64,000 nt of DNA. Origin: an uncultured Planctomycetota bacterium. GTDB lineage: Bacteria > Planctomycetota > Planctomycetia > Isosphaerales > Isosphaeraceae. Below are positions 19,634 through 33,174 of the stretch, in pieces. Each line of letters starts with the position of its first letter. The stretch's first letter is position 1. The notes below the pieces were generated by a model. That model did not search any database, was not told the origin of the DNA, and saw nothing but the letters and a program-made list of their open reading frames with translations. Position numbers and translations under genes: made by a program. The DNA lies in assembly GCA_963823665.1 (NCBI GenBank), contig CAWGMQ010000004.1:2016001-2080000 (forward strand), written 5' to 3'.

Positions 19634-20311
19634 TCAATCCGGCCATGGCTCGACCGGTCCGACGGGTGAATCCTTGACGCCGTGCCAAAATTCCAGGTAC
19701 TTGTCACGCACGTAAGGGTTCAACTCGTTGGCGAACTCGGCGGACAGGTGAAGTGCCTCGATCAGAGCGATCACGTCGGCAAAGTCCTTCATCCGATGCA
19801 TTCCCCCCGTCATTCCCGAAGCGAGCTTGAGCTCCACGAGCTTCGGTAAGCTCACGTACCGGACACCCTTGATCTCAACCCCCACTTCGGCGGGGTCCGG
19901 AAACGCGACTGGCTTGGGATTGCCGTCGCCAGGGAATTGGCCCGCGATCAAGAATTCCACGCGGACGCCGTACTCGGCGTCACGAAGATTTTTGCTGCCG
20001 GAGAAAGGCGGGACGTACCCAAGTCCGTCCAGCTTCGCATGCAGCACGCTCAATCCTTCCCGCGTAACGAGAATGTCGACATCAACGGTAAGCCGCCGAA
20101 AACCATGCGCTTGGAGAGCCATTCCACCCGCAACCGCGTACGGAACGCCGATCGACTCAAGCCTTCCAGCAATCTTGCGCAGCGTCTTGAAAACCGAGTC
20201 TTCGCCTTGAAAAAACCGGTCGCCTTCGTCCATTGCCCAGTCCCAGTCCCTCTTCAGAATGTCTTCGTAGACAGGAACGCCCGCGGGGAGGCTCGTCGCA
20301 GCAGATTTCAT
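19634..20311 (-). CDS. Pol-beta superfamily nucleotidyltransferase-like protein
   Basis: [20 protein letters not shown] (GG...DxD), [15 protein letters not shown]. Confidence 0.7.
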   Translation of the reverse strand: MKSAATSLPAGVPVYEDILKRDWDWAMDEGDRFFQGEDSVFKTLRKIAGRLESIGVPYAVAGGMALQAHGFRRLTVDVDILVTREGLSVLHAKLDGLGYVPPFSGSKNLRDAEYGVRVEFLIAGQFPGDGNPKPVAFPDPAEVGVEIKGVRYVSLPKLVELKLASGMTGGMHRMKDFADVIALIEALHLSAEFANELNPYVRDKYLEFWHGVKDSPVGPVEPWPD

Positions 20312-20349
20312 TTCCAGAGTCTCCCCGCGGTGTCGCTCTACTGAACCGA

Positions 20350-22416
<2,067 letters not shown>

Positions 22417-22749
22417 GAAAACTTTCCCTCCTCGAAGCGGCTCCTGGATGTTCAACCGCGCAGGGGACATCGTGGGCACACACGGACCCGAAGATTCGGC
22501 TGAGTCCTCCCTTGCCGAGGACAGCCCCGCGCACGGCCAAGGCGTCCTCAACCATCCTGCGTGAGGCTTCAGCCGAATTGTCAACGCGCTACGTCAAAGA
22601 TGATGAGGGATGCTGGAACGACTCTGCGGCCTGCCCGTCTATCGCAAATCAAATAGTCCGGGGGAGCGGACGATGTGGTCTCCACAAACAATTGCGAGGA
22701 CGCCACGAGCGGGAAGTCGCGTGGAACCTTGCCCTTCCCCGCCACGATC

Positions 22750-22779
22750 ATTACAACCCCGAATTCGTTTGCGTGTCAA
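22750..22779 (-). promoter_or_regulatory. Candidate sigma-70 promoter of the prkA operon
   Basis: Minus strand TTGACA-N18-TGTAAT, about 330 nt upstream of the prkA start. Confidence 0.5.
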
Positions 22780-22993
22780 GCGAAGCAGTCCTCCCGCAGT
22801 GCATCCAGCAACAGGCCATTCCCCCGTCACAGGGTGTTTTTCGCCTCTCTCAATATTTTACGCACTTCCACAGTGTCCGGTCGGCGAATTGCGCGAATGG
22901 AATCAAAATATCGGTTGGGTTGTAACGGCCGGTTGGGCGGTTTGAGCCTCTCTCGCGCACTCGTCGAGCGCCCATGGTCGCCCTTCGCTCCGA

Positions 22994-24591
22994 GGCTGTG
23001 ATTTTTTCGGCGTTGGGGTTGATTTTGTATAGTGTTCACGTTCTAATACCATGCATGTAGTCCGCCGCATGAGCCCCACGCAGCCCCGGTGTTGCAGGAC
23101 GAGCGTCATGACACTTCCTCTCTTTAGCCCAGAAGACTTGCCCGATCAGCCCTCTCCCGCCCAGGCTGCCCAGTCGATGCCAACTGGCAAGCCGCGGCTG
23201 CGGTGTCCCGTACGCGACCAGATCGAGATGCGCTGGGCATCGCTCGATGAATTGCTCGAGGCCGACCATCCGGCCCGGGTCGTCTGGGCGGCGGTCTGCA
23301 AGCTCGATCTGAAAGCCTGGCTCGGCGAGATCAAGGCCGTCGAGCGACATGTCGGCCGAGATGCCACCGACCCGCGCTTGCTGGTCGGATTGCGGGTTTT
23401 CGCCACATTGAAGGGAGTCGGCAGCGCCCGTGAAATCGAACGGCTGTGCGAAAAGAACCAAGGGAGTCTGCCGTACCAGTGGCTGTGCGGCGGCGTAACC
23501 GTCAACCACAGCATGTTGTCCCACTTCCTCGCTTGTGGGGGCGAGAAGTTGAACGAACTGCTCACGCAGATCGTGGGCACCCTGCTCCATGCCGGGTTGG
23601 TGAAAATGGACCGGGTCGCTCAGGACGGAATGAGAGTGCGTGCCAGCGCGGGCAAGAGCTCGTTTCGTCGTCGCGGTAGCCTGGAGGAGTGCCTGAAAGC
23701 GGCGAAGGAGCAGGTTGAGGCGCTGAAGAAACTGGCCGAGGAGGACACAGCAGAGCTGACTCGACGGCAGCGAGCGGCGCGGGAGCGTGCCGCCAACAAG
23801 CGACAGCAACGGATCGAAGAAGCGATGCGGCAGTGCGAGGAGCTGCAACGCGAACGTGACGAGTCCTACGGCCGCAAGGGGCGGGAAGCGCGTGCTTCGA
23901 CCACCGACCCCGACGCGAGGATCATGAAGTTTCCAGACGGAGGATTCCGGCCGGGATATAACGTTCAATTCACAACAGACACCGAAAGCGGTGTGATTGT
24001 GGGTGTGGAGGTGACCAACGCAGGGAACGATGGCGAAGAACTTCCGCCCATGCTCGACCAGTTGGAGGAGCGTTACGAACGAATTCCGGATGAGGCATTG
24101 GTTGACGGTGGCTTCACGACCAAGGACTCGATCGATCAGGCGGCCCAACGCGGCTGCATCGTATACGGGCCGATCAGAGACGAGAAAAAGAAACAGGCAA
24201 ATGGAGAAGATCCCTACACCGCAAAGAAGGGCGACAGCGAAGCGGTTGCCGCTTGGCGGATCCGAATGGGGACCGAGGCCGCGAAGCTGATCTACCGGCT
24301 GCGAGGCCAAACAGCCGAGTGGGTCAACGCCCAGGCTCGCAATCGAGGATTCTGGTTTATGCCCGTGCGTGGCCAACCGCGTTGCCGCGCCGTCGCATTG
24401 TTGTTTGCAATTGCTCACAACCTGGTTGTCGCAGGGAGACTGCGCCCAGCGATGGGCAAACTGGCGGAATGAGCGGTACTTTGCAAAAAAGGGACAAAAT
24501 AGGAAAGCGCGTTTGCGTCAACGGCTGGGCTATTGGAGAACTGGCGTGAATCGGCGGCACTAACCGAGCGACCAAGCGGTGAATCACAGCC
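22994..24591 (+). mobile_element. IS1182-family insertion sequence (about 1.6 kb)
   Basis: Terminal inverted repeats GGCTGTGATT (22994-23003) and AATCACAGCC (24582-24591) flank a single DDE transposase. Confidence 0.8.
23108..24472 (+). CDS. IS1182-family transposase
   Basis: DHPARVVW, GSAREIERLC, VAQDGMRVRASA, STTDPDARIM, GYNVQ, LVDGGF, YRLRGQTAEWVN. Confidence 0.88.
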   Translation: MTLPLFSPEDLPDQPSPAQAAQSMPTGKPRLRCPVRDQIEMRWASLDELLEADHPARVVWAAVCKLDLKAWLGEIKAVERHVGRDATDPRLLVGLRVFATLKGVGSAREIERLCEKNQGSLPYQWLCGGVTVNHSMLSHFLACGGEKLNELLTQIVGTLLHAGLVKMDRVAQDGMRVRASAGKSSFRRRGSLEECLKAAKEQVEALKKLAEEDTAELTRRQRAARERAANKRQQRIEEAMRQCEELQRERDESYGRKGREARASTTDPDARIMKFPDGGFRPGYNVQFTTDTESGVIVGVEVTNAGNDGEELPPMLDQLEERYERIPDEALVDGGFTTKDSIDQAAQRGCIVYGPIRDEKKKQANGEDPYTAKKGDSEAVAAWRIRMGTEAAKLIYRLRGQTAEWVNAQARNRGFWFMPVRGQPRCRAVALLFAIAHNLVVAGRLRPAMGKLAE

Positions 24592-24787
24592 GACTAGGCC
24601 CAACGGCCGAGTTACCGCAACGCGGCCAAAAGATGACAGCCTCTCCGCGAAGGGATTCTCCTTGAGCCCCGCGCTCGCCCGCCGAGCGGCGATGGTCGCC
24701 ATTCGCTCCCGCGAAGGGATTCTTCGAGCCCGTCGCCTATTCGCCACGTGCGGAGAGCGCCACCTGGGCATCACGGCCCGCCGGGCG

Positions 24788-27023
24788 CTATTGCCCGGGC
24801 AAGATGAGCTTCGACTTTTCCGCGCCCCGAGCAGGCGCCGCCGGTGAGCCCGGAGTCCAGATCGACGAGGGACTGCCTGCCGCTTCGGGCGTCCAGATCT
24901 CGCCCTGACTCGCGGCAACGCCCAGCTCGCCCGTGGCGGTCGTCACCCGGGGACCATACCGTTTGATATACTGCTCCAGAATACGAGTATCGAGGATCAA
25001 CTGGTCCGGGCGTTTGGGATCGACGACGGCCTGTACGAGCCCGAAATTGACCAGCCGCAAGAGCACCGCCGACGTCGCTTCCTGGTTGCCGCGACAGCGA
25101 TCGAGGATGACCGCAAGCACGGGTACCCACTCATCGGGCGGGTCAAGCAGCATTCTCACGTGGAGGCCGATCAAGTCCCACGTGAGCGAGTGCGCCGAGC
25201 GTTTCTGCGGCGCCTCCGATTGCCGCCCTTTCGCCAGCCAGTGCTCAGCCTGCACTCGCTCGCCCGACTGGGCCGCGTCGAGCGCGAGGTCCCCGTAAAA
25301 CTTGATCGTCTCGACCTGCCCCTTCGTCAAGAGTGACGGACGCTCGTCCAGGAGCCGGGACACCTGGTTTCGCACCTGCCTCAGACCCCATTTCACCGAG
25401 CGGCGATAAAGCGCCAGCAGCCTCTCGTCGTCCAGGCGGTCAATCGGCACCTGTGCGAGTCGCGAGAGGTGAAGCTCCTCGATTTTCACCGTATCGGGGT
25501 CGATCGCCGGCTCCGGGGCCAGGTGCAGCTTCGAGCGCAGCTCGTTCCAATCGAGCACGTCCACCGGCAGGTCGTTTGCACTCTCCATCCGCCGGGTGCT
25601 GGCACGCAAATACGTTTCGGAGTCACCGGCCTCTCCAGCCTGGAGCGGGGTCCGTCGCCGCAGCGACGGGTGCGGCGTCGCCGGCCAGATCTCGCCGATG
25701 ACATGAGCAGCCCGCTCGCTTCCCAGGCGGTCGTGATCTTCCGGAGCCAGCCCAGTCGGGAGATGCCATCGCCCGGCCAGCGCCAGCTCATGCCGGGGCA
25801 CGTGACCGATGATCTTGGTCCGCGGGTGAGCCGGAGGAATATTCGAGGCCGCAACGGCCGTGAATCGGTCGATCAGGAGATCGAGCCGGCCGTCATCGAC
25901 CGCTTCGAGGTAGGCGACGTCGCTACCAATGAGCAGCTCCCCGTCGACCCGAGGAAGATCGGCCCCGAAGAGACCAGGCTTTGCCTCGACCACCGGACGA
26001 TCAAGGAGCGAGAAACTCTCGAGCGGAGGAGACTCCGGATCATCCGCAAGCGGACGAGGCTCAACCTGTGCGATCGTCCGATCGCCGCGCAAGGCGGCGA
26101 GCAACCCTTCACGGTTCCGGATTGGCCAGCTCAATCGATCGATATCGATCAAGTCGTAACGCGAAGCGGGCTCGATCAACTGGCAGAGCGTTTCGAGATC
26201 GACAGTGTCGGTCGTCGGTTTGCTGCGTGCGATGTATCGCCGCAGGGCGGCAACCGCGCCGTCATGGTCCGCCAGCCACAAGCAACACAACCCGCGATTT
26301 CGGTCGGCGAAAATACCCGCCGCCGAGCCCGCCGCCAGCAGTTCAAAGGCGGAGGCCGCCGATGACCAGAGCCCCTCTTCCGCCCAGCTCAGCGCCTGCT
26401 CGAACGATTCACGAAAAGCCTGCGCTACGGCCTGGGGCGCGGGGGAAAGCCCGTAGGGGTTCTTCTCCCAGACCGAGACCGCTGGATTCGCAAGCAGACC
26501 TTGAAGCTGCGAAGCAATCTGCTTTCCCTCGTCGCTCGAAATGCGACCAGCAAGCTCGAGATGCTTGATCGCTGCGGCCGGAAAACCCGCGCGAGCCAGA
26601 TGCGTGCCGACAAACGTCGCCAGCGATGCGAGCTGCGAGCGATCGAGAACCCTGGTGGGCCGATAGTGCCTGCTGAAGCTGGACGACGCCTGCTTCGGCA
26701 CCCTCCATATCAATCGCAAGCCTCGTCATCAAGATCGATGCGCCCAGATGCGCCGGTTGCTTCTGGAGCAACCGCTGCAGGCTCTCGACCGCAAGCTCGT
26801 TTTGATTGAGATGGAGCTGCACGAGCGCCTTGCGCAAGAGCAGGGAAACGTTGTCCGGATTCTTCGCCAGACCCTCGGCCAGGGGATTCATCGCGAGGTC
26901 GTACTGCCCGTTATCCAGGAGCCGTTGCGACCGCTCGATGTAAGGCTCGACACTCTGGCAGCACCACTTATATTTCTGACCGCTTCCACAGTGGCACGGG
27001 GCATAAGGCTCGACCAACGCCAT
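24788..27023 (-). CDS. SEC-C motif / TPR-like protein (frameshift near 26655)
   Basis: N-terminal PYAPCHCGSGQKYKWCC, helical repeats, C-terminal IWTP..IWTP..KLILPG. Confidence 0.75.
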
Positions 27024-27252
27024 CGTGGGCCTCTCGAGGTAAAATCGTTTCGCGGGTGGTTATGTTGTTCAATTTCAAACACTAGCAGAACCCCGCGCAC
27101 CCCGTCTATGCTGATACGACGGAAGAAAACCGCGCTACGGCGCATCGCCCCTCGCGGACTTTATACCGCAAACGGTTTGGTGCCAGGGCCCTCGGTAATC
27201 GGCCCTCCGACAGGAGCTGCCAGAACCGGGAAACCATCTGGAGCAATCACTA

Positions 27253-28134
27253 ATGGTCCGTTCCAGCGCTCCCTTGGCGGCCGTGCTTATTCTAATTCTG
27301 ATTCCAGCGCGCCCTGCGTTTGCTTGGGGGCGTATGGCCCATCGAGCGTCGGCGAAGCTTGCCGATTCGCGCCTCTCGCCCCACACCCGCGCGATGATCC
27401 GGCAATTGCTCGAGCCGGGTGAATCATTGGCTGATGCCTCCACCTGGGCCGACGAGCACAACCGCGAGATCAGAGGCAGCACATACTGGCACTTCGTCAA
27501 TGTGCCGATCTGGGCCACCCGCTACGACTCCCGCGATTGCCGGCCCCAGGGCTGCGTCATCTCGAAAATCGCCGAGTTCAAGGCGACACTACTCGATCAG
27601 AGCGCGCCACTCGCCCGTCGCCGTATGGCCCTCCGCTTTCTCGTGCACCTGGTGCAGGACGTGCACCAGCCAATGCACGTCGCCGACCGAAACGACCGGG
27701 GCGGCAACGCCGTCCAGTTACGCTACGGTCGCTACGACAATACGAATTTGCACCAGGTCTGGGATTCCGGGCTCTTGAGCCGCGCGTATCGCAATGAAGA
27801 CGATTTGATGCGCCACCTCGAGTCGCTCGCCAAGAGGCCCGAGGCAAAAGACTGGTTGAGCGGCGGCCCCGAAGACTGGGCGAATGAGAGCTTGCTGGTC
27901 GGCCGGCACGCTTACGAAATTCCCGGCTCCGACGCGACCCTACGGGCGGGCGATTCGATCGGGCGAGCCTACGAGCAGGAGAACGCACCCAGGGCCGCGG
28001 ATCGGCTTGCGCGTTCCGGGGTCCGCCTGGCCGCAATGCTCGAAGCCGTCTTCAAGAACTCTGACCCTCGATCAAACCCAAACCCCGGGCGAGGAATACC
28101 GCAACAAGGCAAAGCAGTCCCTGCCGGCCGATGA
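27253..28134 (+). CDS. S1/P1 nuclease, secreted
   Basis: Signal peptide then WG..AH, WADE, WHFVN, HLVQDVHQPMH, DRGGN, NLHQVWD. Confidence 0.92.
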   Translation: MVRSSAPLAAVLILILIPARPAFAWGRMAHRASAKLADSRLSPHTRAMIRQLLEPGESLADASTWADEHNREIRGSTYWHFVNVPIWATRYDSRDCRPQGCVISKIAEFKATLLDQSAPLARRRMALRFLVHLVQDVHQPMHVADRNDRGGNAVQLRYGRYDNTNLHQVWDSGLLSRAYRNEDDLMRHLESLAKRPEAKDWLSGGPEDWANESLLVGRHAYEIPGSDATLRAGDSIGRAYEQENAPRAADRLARSGVRLAAMLEAVFKNSDPRSNPNPGRGIPQQGKAVPAGR

Positions 28135-28186
28135 GGGGTTCGTCGAGCGGTGCTCTGTTCCGCCGCGCGCAACAGGCAGCCCGTTC

Positions 28187-28381
28187 TCACTTCTTCGGTT
28201 TGGAAGCCTTCGGCTCGCCGGCTGTCTTCTTCTTCGCTTTCGGTTTCTCCTTCGTAGGCGTAGCCGTCTTGGTCTCTTCTTCACTCTGCGCGGAATCGTC
28301 GACTCCGTGCTCGAGAGGACGTTCACCAAAGATCTTCTCAAAATTCGGAAAGCCGTATTTCCGTACGATCGGGCCGCTCAT
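28187..28381 (-). CDS. Small Lys-rich hypothetical protein (64 aa)
   Basis: GGGAGG RBS; MSGPIVRKYGFPNFEKIFG followed by a basic low-complexity tail. Confidence 0.6.
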   Translation of the reverse strand: MSGPIVRKYGFPNFEKIFGERPLEHGVDDSAQSEEETKTATPTKEKPKAKKKTAGEPKASKPKK

Positions 28382-28764
28382 GATTCGTCTCGCCTCCCAA
28401 CACTCCACTTCCTATCGCCGGCCCGCGTTGGAATTGCAGGCACGGACGGATTCCCTGATAGCTTACGTACTCGCCTTTATTTAACACTTCCGGGAACTCT
28501 AGCCGCAATGCGGAAAGGAAACGCCCATCCCAGGAGGGCGAAACCGGCGTAGTGAAGAATCGACCTTAAGTGCAAATTTAGATTGACCTTGTGTATTCCT
28601 CAGGCCGCTCTGCTTGGAGTCCTGGTGCTATTCCCTCGCATCCGGCGCGGTTAATCTGCGCATATGCCCTTCCACGCTCGCAGGGTCTAGGGTGGGGCGT
28701 TTGGGCCCGTGCGGATACGCTCTTCGCAGGCGAGCAGAACAGAGATCAGTCCGGAGTCCGCCAG

Positions 28765-30140
28765 ATGTCCTCGGCGCGTGCCGCCTTGTCCACCATGCAC
28801 GTCCTCCCTCCCGGGCCGAGCTCACCATCTTGGTGGCAGCTCGTCCGCTTCGCTGGCGATCCGCTTCGGCTTCTGGACGAGTGTCACCGTCGCTACGGAG
28901 ACGCCTTCACGCTCGATCTCTTCGGCAACGGCCGCTTCGTGATGCTTTCCGACCCGGAGGTTGTCCGCGAGGTCTTGCGTGCCGAACCGGATGTGCTTCA
29001 CTCGGGCGAGGCCAATGCGGTTTTCATCCCGACCGTCGGGCGGCATTCGGTCCTCGTTCTTGACGAAGCCCCGCACGCGCGGCGCGCCGGGTGTTGGTCC
29101 CGCCGTTGAAGGGCGAGCGGATGCGCGCGTTTTTCGACGCCATGCGGCTGGAGACGCTCGAGGCTGTAAATGCTTGGCCGCGCGATGTCCCCACTCCGGC
29201 CCTCCCGGTGATGCGCCGGATCACGCTGCGAGTCATCCTCCGCACGGCGCTCGGCATGGCTCCCGGCCCGGAAATGGACCGATTTGAGCACAAGGTGGAG
29301 ACTTTCTTGTCGAACGGCCGCCAGCGATATGCCTTGGTGCTCATCACAATCATCCCGATCCACAAGTTCAGCGGGTCGCGGTGGGTGCCGCTGTTCCGGC
29401 AGTTGAGCGACCTCGATGACGATCTCTTCGCCTTGATTGCCGCGCGGCGCCGGGGCGATCGGCCAGCGACTGGCGAAAACGTGCTTGATGATCTGCTCGC
29501 GGCAACGTACGAGGACGGCTCACCGCTTGACGCTCAGCAGATACGCGACGCACTGATCACGATCCTGATCGCCGGCCACGACACAACCGCCCTTGCACTC
29601 GCCTGGGCACTGACGGAGGTGGTGCCCCGCGCGGAGGTCGTCGATCGCCTGACCGACGAATTGAGACGGGTCACCGGCGGTGCTCCGCCTGAGGCCGAGC
29701 ATCTTCCCGCCTTGGAATACCTGGATGCAGCGATCCGCGAGAGCCTGCGAACGCGCCCGGTGGCGCCCTTCATTGTGCGGAAGACGGTGAAGTCGTTCGC
29801 CGCCGGCGGTCGGGAATACCCGGCCGGGGTAGTCCTCTGCCCATGCTCTTACCTGGTCCACCGGCGACAGGATCTCTATCCCGAACCCGACCAGTTCCGC
29901 CCCGAGCGATTCCTGGAGCGTAAATTCGGCCCCCACGAGTGGTTCCCCTTCGGCGGCGGCAATCGAGTCTGTGTGGGGATGCCCTTCGCGCTCTACGAAA
30001 TGAAGGTCCTCCTGGCGACCCTCTTCAGCCAGGTCCGTCTGTCCCGGCCCGCGGGCGCCCGGTCACGGGCGAGGCGCTACGGGGTCGTCCTGGGCCCGGA
30101 CGACGGGGCACGCGTGATTGTTCGGGGATCCATCGCCTAG
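28765..30140 (+). CDS. Cytochrome P450 (frameshift near 29080)
   Basis: LPPGP, AGHDTT (I-helix), ESLR (ExxR), PERF, FGGGNRVCVG heme-binding motif. Confidence 0.92.
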
Positions 30141-30271
30141 CCATTCGGACGAATAGGTGATGAGCTGAAGCCCCCGGATTGGCAAATTCCGAAATTGCTT
30201 CGGACTCGAGAATGAGCGAAACTATTGGGATATAGGATTTGAGGCACCCTCTGGGGGCGCCATAGGAGAAA

Positions 30272-30565
30272 GTGATGACCATCAGTTTTGAGATACCGCA
30301 GGACATTGAGGAGCAGATCCGCACGAACGGAACAGACCTCGATCGCGAGGCACGCGAGACGTACCTCGTCGAGCTTTACCGGCAAGACCGGATTTCCCAT
30401 CACCAGCTCACCCAGGCGTTGGGCCTGACCCGGCTTGAGACCGACGGCGTGCTCAAGCGTCACAAGGTTTCCTCCGGGCCGACCCTTGCAGAACTCCGCG
30501 CTGAAATCGGTTCCCTCCGCGATGCGACGCCCGAACGAACGTCGTCTCTGACACATCGCGACTGA
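30272..30565 (+). CDS. UPF0175 family protein (putative antitoxin), reading through a lost stop codon
   Basis: AGGAG RBS; ELYRQDRISHHQLTQALGLTR HTH-like segment; lies directly upstream of a DUF3368 gene. Confidence 0.75.
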   Translation: MMTISFEIPQDIEEQIRTNGTDLDREARETYLVELYRQDRISHHQLTQALGLTRLETDGVLKRHKVSSGPTLAELRAEIGSLRDATPERTSSLTHRD

Positions 30566-31080
30566 ATTACCTGATCCTCACCGAGTCGATCCACGTGCTC
30601 CCCGCGATCTTCGGACGGGTGTACGCACCGTCTGCGGTGGCCAAAGAGCTTTTGCACCCCAGGAGCCCGGAAGCCGTGCGAGCTTGGGCGAGCAGCCCGC
30701 CCGACTGGCTCACGCTTCAAGACCCGATGCAAATCGACGCCTCGCTCAACCTCGGAGCTGGGGGGACGGCGGCGATCTCACTGGCCATCGAATTGAAAGC
30801 GGACCGGGTCCTCATTGACGAGCGGAAGGGTTATAAAGCAGCGTTACAGCGTGGCCTATACGCGACCACGACGCTCGGCCTTCTCGAAGAAGCATCTCAT
30901 AGAGGCTTGATCGATTTCGAAATGACAATTGACCGGCTGGCGAAGGCGACGACCTTCTACGTCACGGAGGATGTCCTTGAGGACTTCAGGCGGCAGGTCA
31001 GGGAACAGCACAACGCCCAGGCTCAGGACCGCAAGCGTCTGGACAAACTTGCCCAGGAGCAGGTCGGCGAACAGGGGTAG
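30535..31080 (+). pseudogene. DUF3368 PIN-domain toxin, start codon mutated to ACG
   Basis: In-frame ACG-NVVSDTSRLNYLIL, VYAPSAVAKEL, LGAGGTAAI, VLIDERKG, TLGLL. Confidence 0.7.
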
Positions 31081-31351
31081 AACCACTTCATCCCTCGCCG
31101 CAGGCTCGAGCCGCTTTTCACAGACAAGTGGACCGCAGATGGGACAGGGTCCGGCAGATCTCGCCCACGCGTTCAGCCGATGCACGCAATGGTGGTGCTC
31201 GCGAACTGCCGGGGTACCAGTGCGCCGAGTTACTGGGCCATCCCGACGCAAGCGCCGCGCGAGCGAAGCGGTGCTGACGGCGTCGGTCGGGCTCGACGAA
31301 GTTGGACCGGTGGTCCGTCGAAGCGACGTTGATGGGCGCGCCCACCGCCGG

Positions 31352-32358
31352 TCACGACTTCCCCTGCGCCTCCGCAAACGCCGAATCAAACAGCCGCCCA
31401 GCGGACTTGAAGCCCATCTTCTCTTTGACAAAGCGGGCCGCCTCGGCAGCCCCGTACTCGCGGTCCATCCCGCAATCTTCCCACTCCACGGAGAGCGGTC
31501 CGTCGTAGCCGGTGTGGTTGAGTGCCCGCGCGATCTCCTCGAAGTTCACCTGTCCACGGCCCGGCGATCGGAAATCCCAGCCGCGCGCGGATCCCCGAAA
31601 TTGAGGTGCGACGCCAGGATCCCCGACCGGCCGTCAAGCGTGCGTGCTGCATCCTTCACGTGGACATGGAAAATCCGGTCCGGGAAGGCCCGGATGAACT
31701 CGACCGGATCAACCATCTGCCAGAGCAGATGGCTCGGGTCGAAGTTGAACCCGAATTCCGGACGCCGCCCGATCGCCTCGAGCGCTCGCTCGGCCGTGTA
31801 AATGTCAAACGCGATCTCGGTCGGATGCACCTCGAGAGCGAACTTGACCCCGCACTGCTTGAAGACGTCGAGAATCGGGTTCCAGCGATCGGCGAAAAGC
31901 TTGAATCCCTCGTCGATCATCGCATCGGAGACCGGCGGGAACGAGTAGAGCAAATGCCAGATCGACGAGCCCGTGAATCCGTTGACCACCTTCACGCCGA
32001 GTTTTTGCGCGGCTCGAGCGGAATCTTTCATCTCCTGGATCGCCCACTCGGTCTTCTTCTTCGCGTCCCCGCGCACGGCCGCGGGAACCCAGTCATCCGT
32101 GCGGGCGTCATTGTGATCCAGCACAAGCTGCCCGGTCAGGTGGTTCGAGATTGCCCAGCACTTGAGCCCGTACTTGCCCAGGAGGTCGTGTCGTCCCTTG
32201 CAGTAGCTCGACTCGGCGAGGGCTTTCTGGACGTTGAAGTGGTCGCCCCAACATGGCAGCTCGATGCCGTCGTAGCCCCAATTGCTTGCCTTCTCAGCAA
32301 TCACTTCCAACGTCAAATCAGCCCACTGGCCTGTGAAAAGCGTGACGGGGCGTGCCAT
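31352..32358 (-). CDS. Sugar phosphate isomerase/epimerase (xylose isomerase-like TIM barrel; frameshift near 31585)
   Basis: [44 protein letters not shown]. Confidence 0.88.
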
Positions 32359-32482
32359 GATCTGTTCTCCCGATCAGTTGCGGTCTCATTTGACGGTTCG
32401 ACGCTCGATTCGAGATAATACGGCATTCGTCCGGCGAATCCCAGCCACGCGCACCGCCTCTCTCGCCGCTCAATTCGGCTAG

Positions 32483-32517
32483 CTGACAACTGACAACCAA
32501 CACCTGACAACCAACCG
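32483..32517. repeat. Heptamer tandem repeat, five imperfect units (CTGACAA / CCAACAC)
   Basis: CTGACAA CTGACAA CCAACAC CTGACAA CCAACCG just upstream of the HAD gene. Confidence 0.7.
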
Positions 32518-32523
32518 CCCGTC

Positions 32524-33174
32524 ATGCCTCTCAAAGCTATTCTTCTCGATTTTGACGGCGTGATCGCGGAAACCGAAAACCATCACGTCGCCGCCTGGCA
32601 GCGGACACTCGCAACGCTGGGCTGGCAAATCTCCGACGAGGTCGCGGCCCGATCGGCCGATATCGACGACCGCGAATTCCTCGCCCAGTTGTTCGCGTCG
32701 CGTGGAGTCGTTTCCGGCAAGATCGACGAATGGGTCCGCCGGAAACAGCTCCTGACCGTGCAATTGCTCCGGGATTCGCCGCAGCTCTACCCGGGATCGG
32801 TCCAACTGATCCGCGCCTTGCACGGGCGCGTCAGGTTAGCGGTCGTGTCGGGAACCTGGCGTGAGAATATAGAGGCCGTGCTCGAGGCCGCCGGCTTGGT
32901 CGAGTGCATCGACTCGATCGTCGCCAAGGAGGATGTCAAGACGGTAAAGCCCGCACCGGAAGCCTATGAGCTCGCGCTCAAGAAGCTCCGCATCTCGGCA
33001 AAGTCCGCCGTCGCAATCGAAGATTCGCCGTCCGGCGTTGCCTCGGCTCGCGCAGCCGGCCTGCGCGTCATCGCCGTCGGCCACCGCCATCCTTTTGGCG
33101 ACTGGGTCGGTGATTCGCTCTACATCTCGGGATTCGAGCCGGTCCAGGGTCTGCTCGACCATCTTAAGCTGTGA
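32524..33174 (+). CDS. HAD family phosphatase (beta-PGM-like)
   Basis: DFDGVIAET, VVSG, KPAPE, IEDSPSG. Confidence 0.88.
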   Translation: MPLKAILLDFDGVIAETENHHVAAWQRTLATLGWQISDEVAARSADIDDREFLAQLFASRGVVSGKIDEWVRRKQLLTVQLLRDSPQLYPGSVQLIRALHGRVRLAVVSGTWRENIEAVLEAAGLVECIDSIVAKEDVKTVKPAPEAYELALKKLRISAKSAVAIEDSPSGVASARAAGLRVIAVGHRHPFGDWVGDSLYISGFEPVQGLLDHLKL

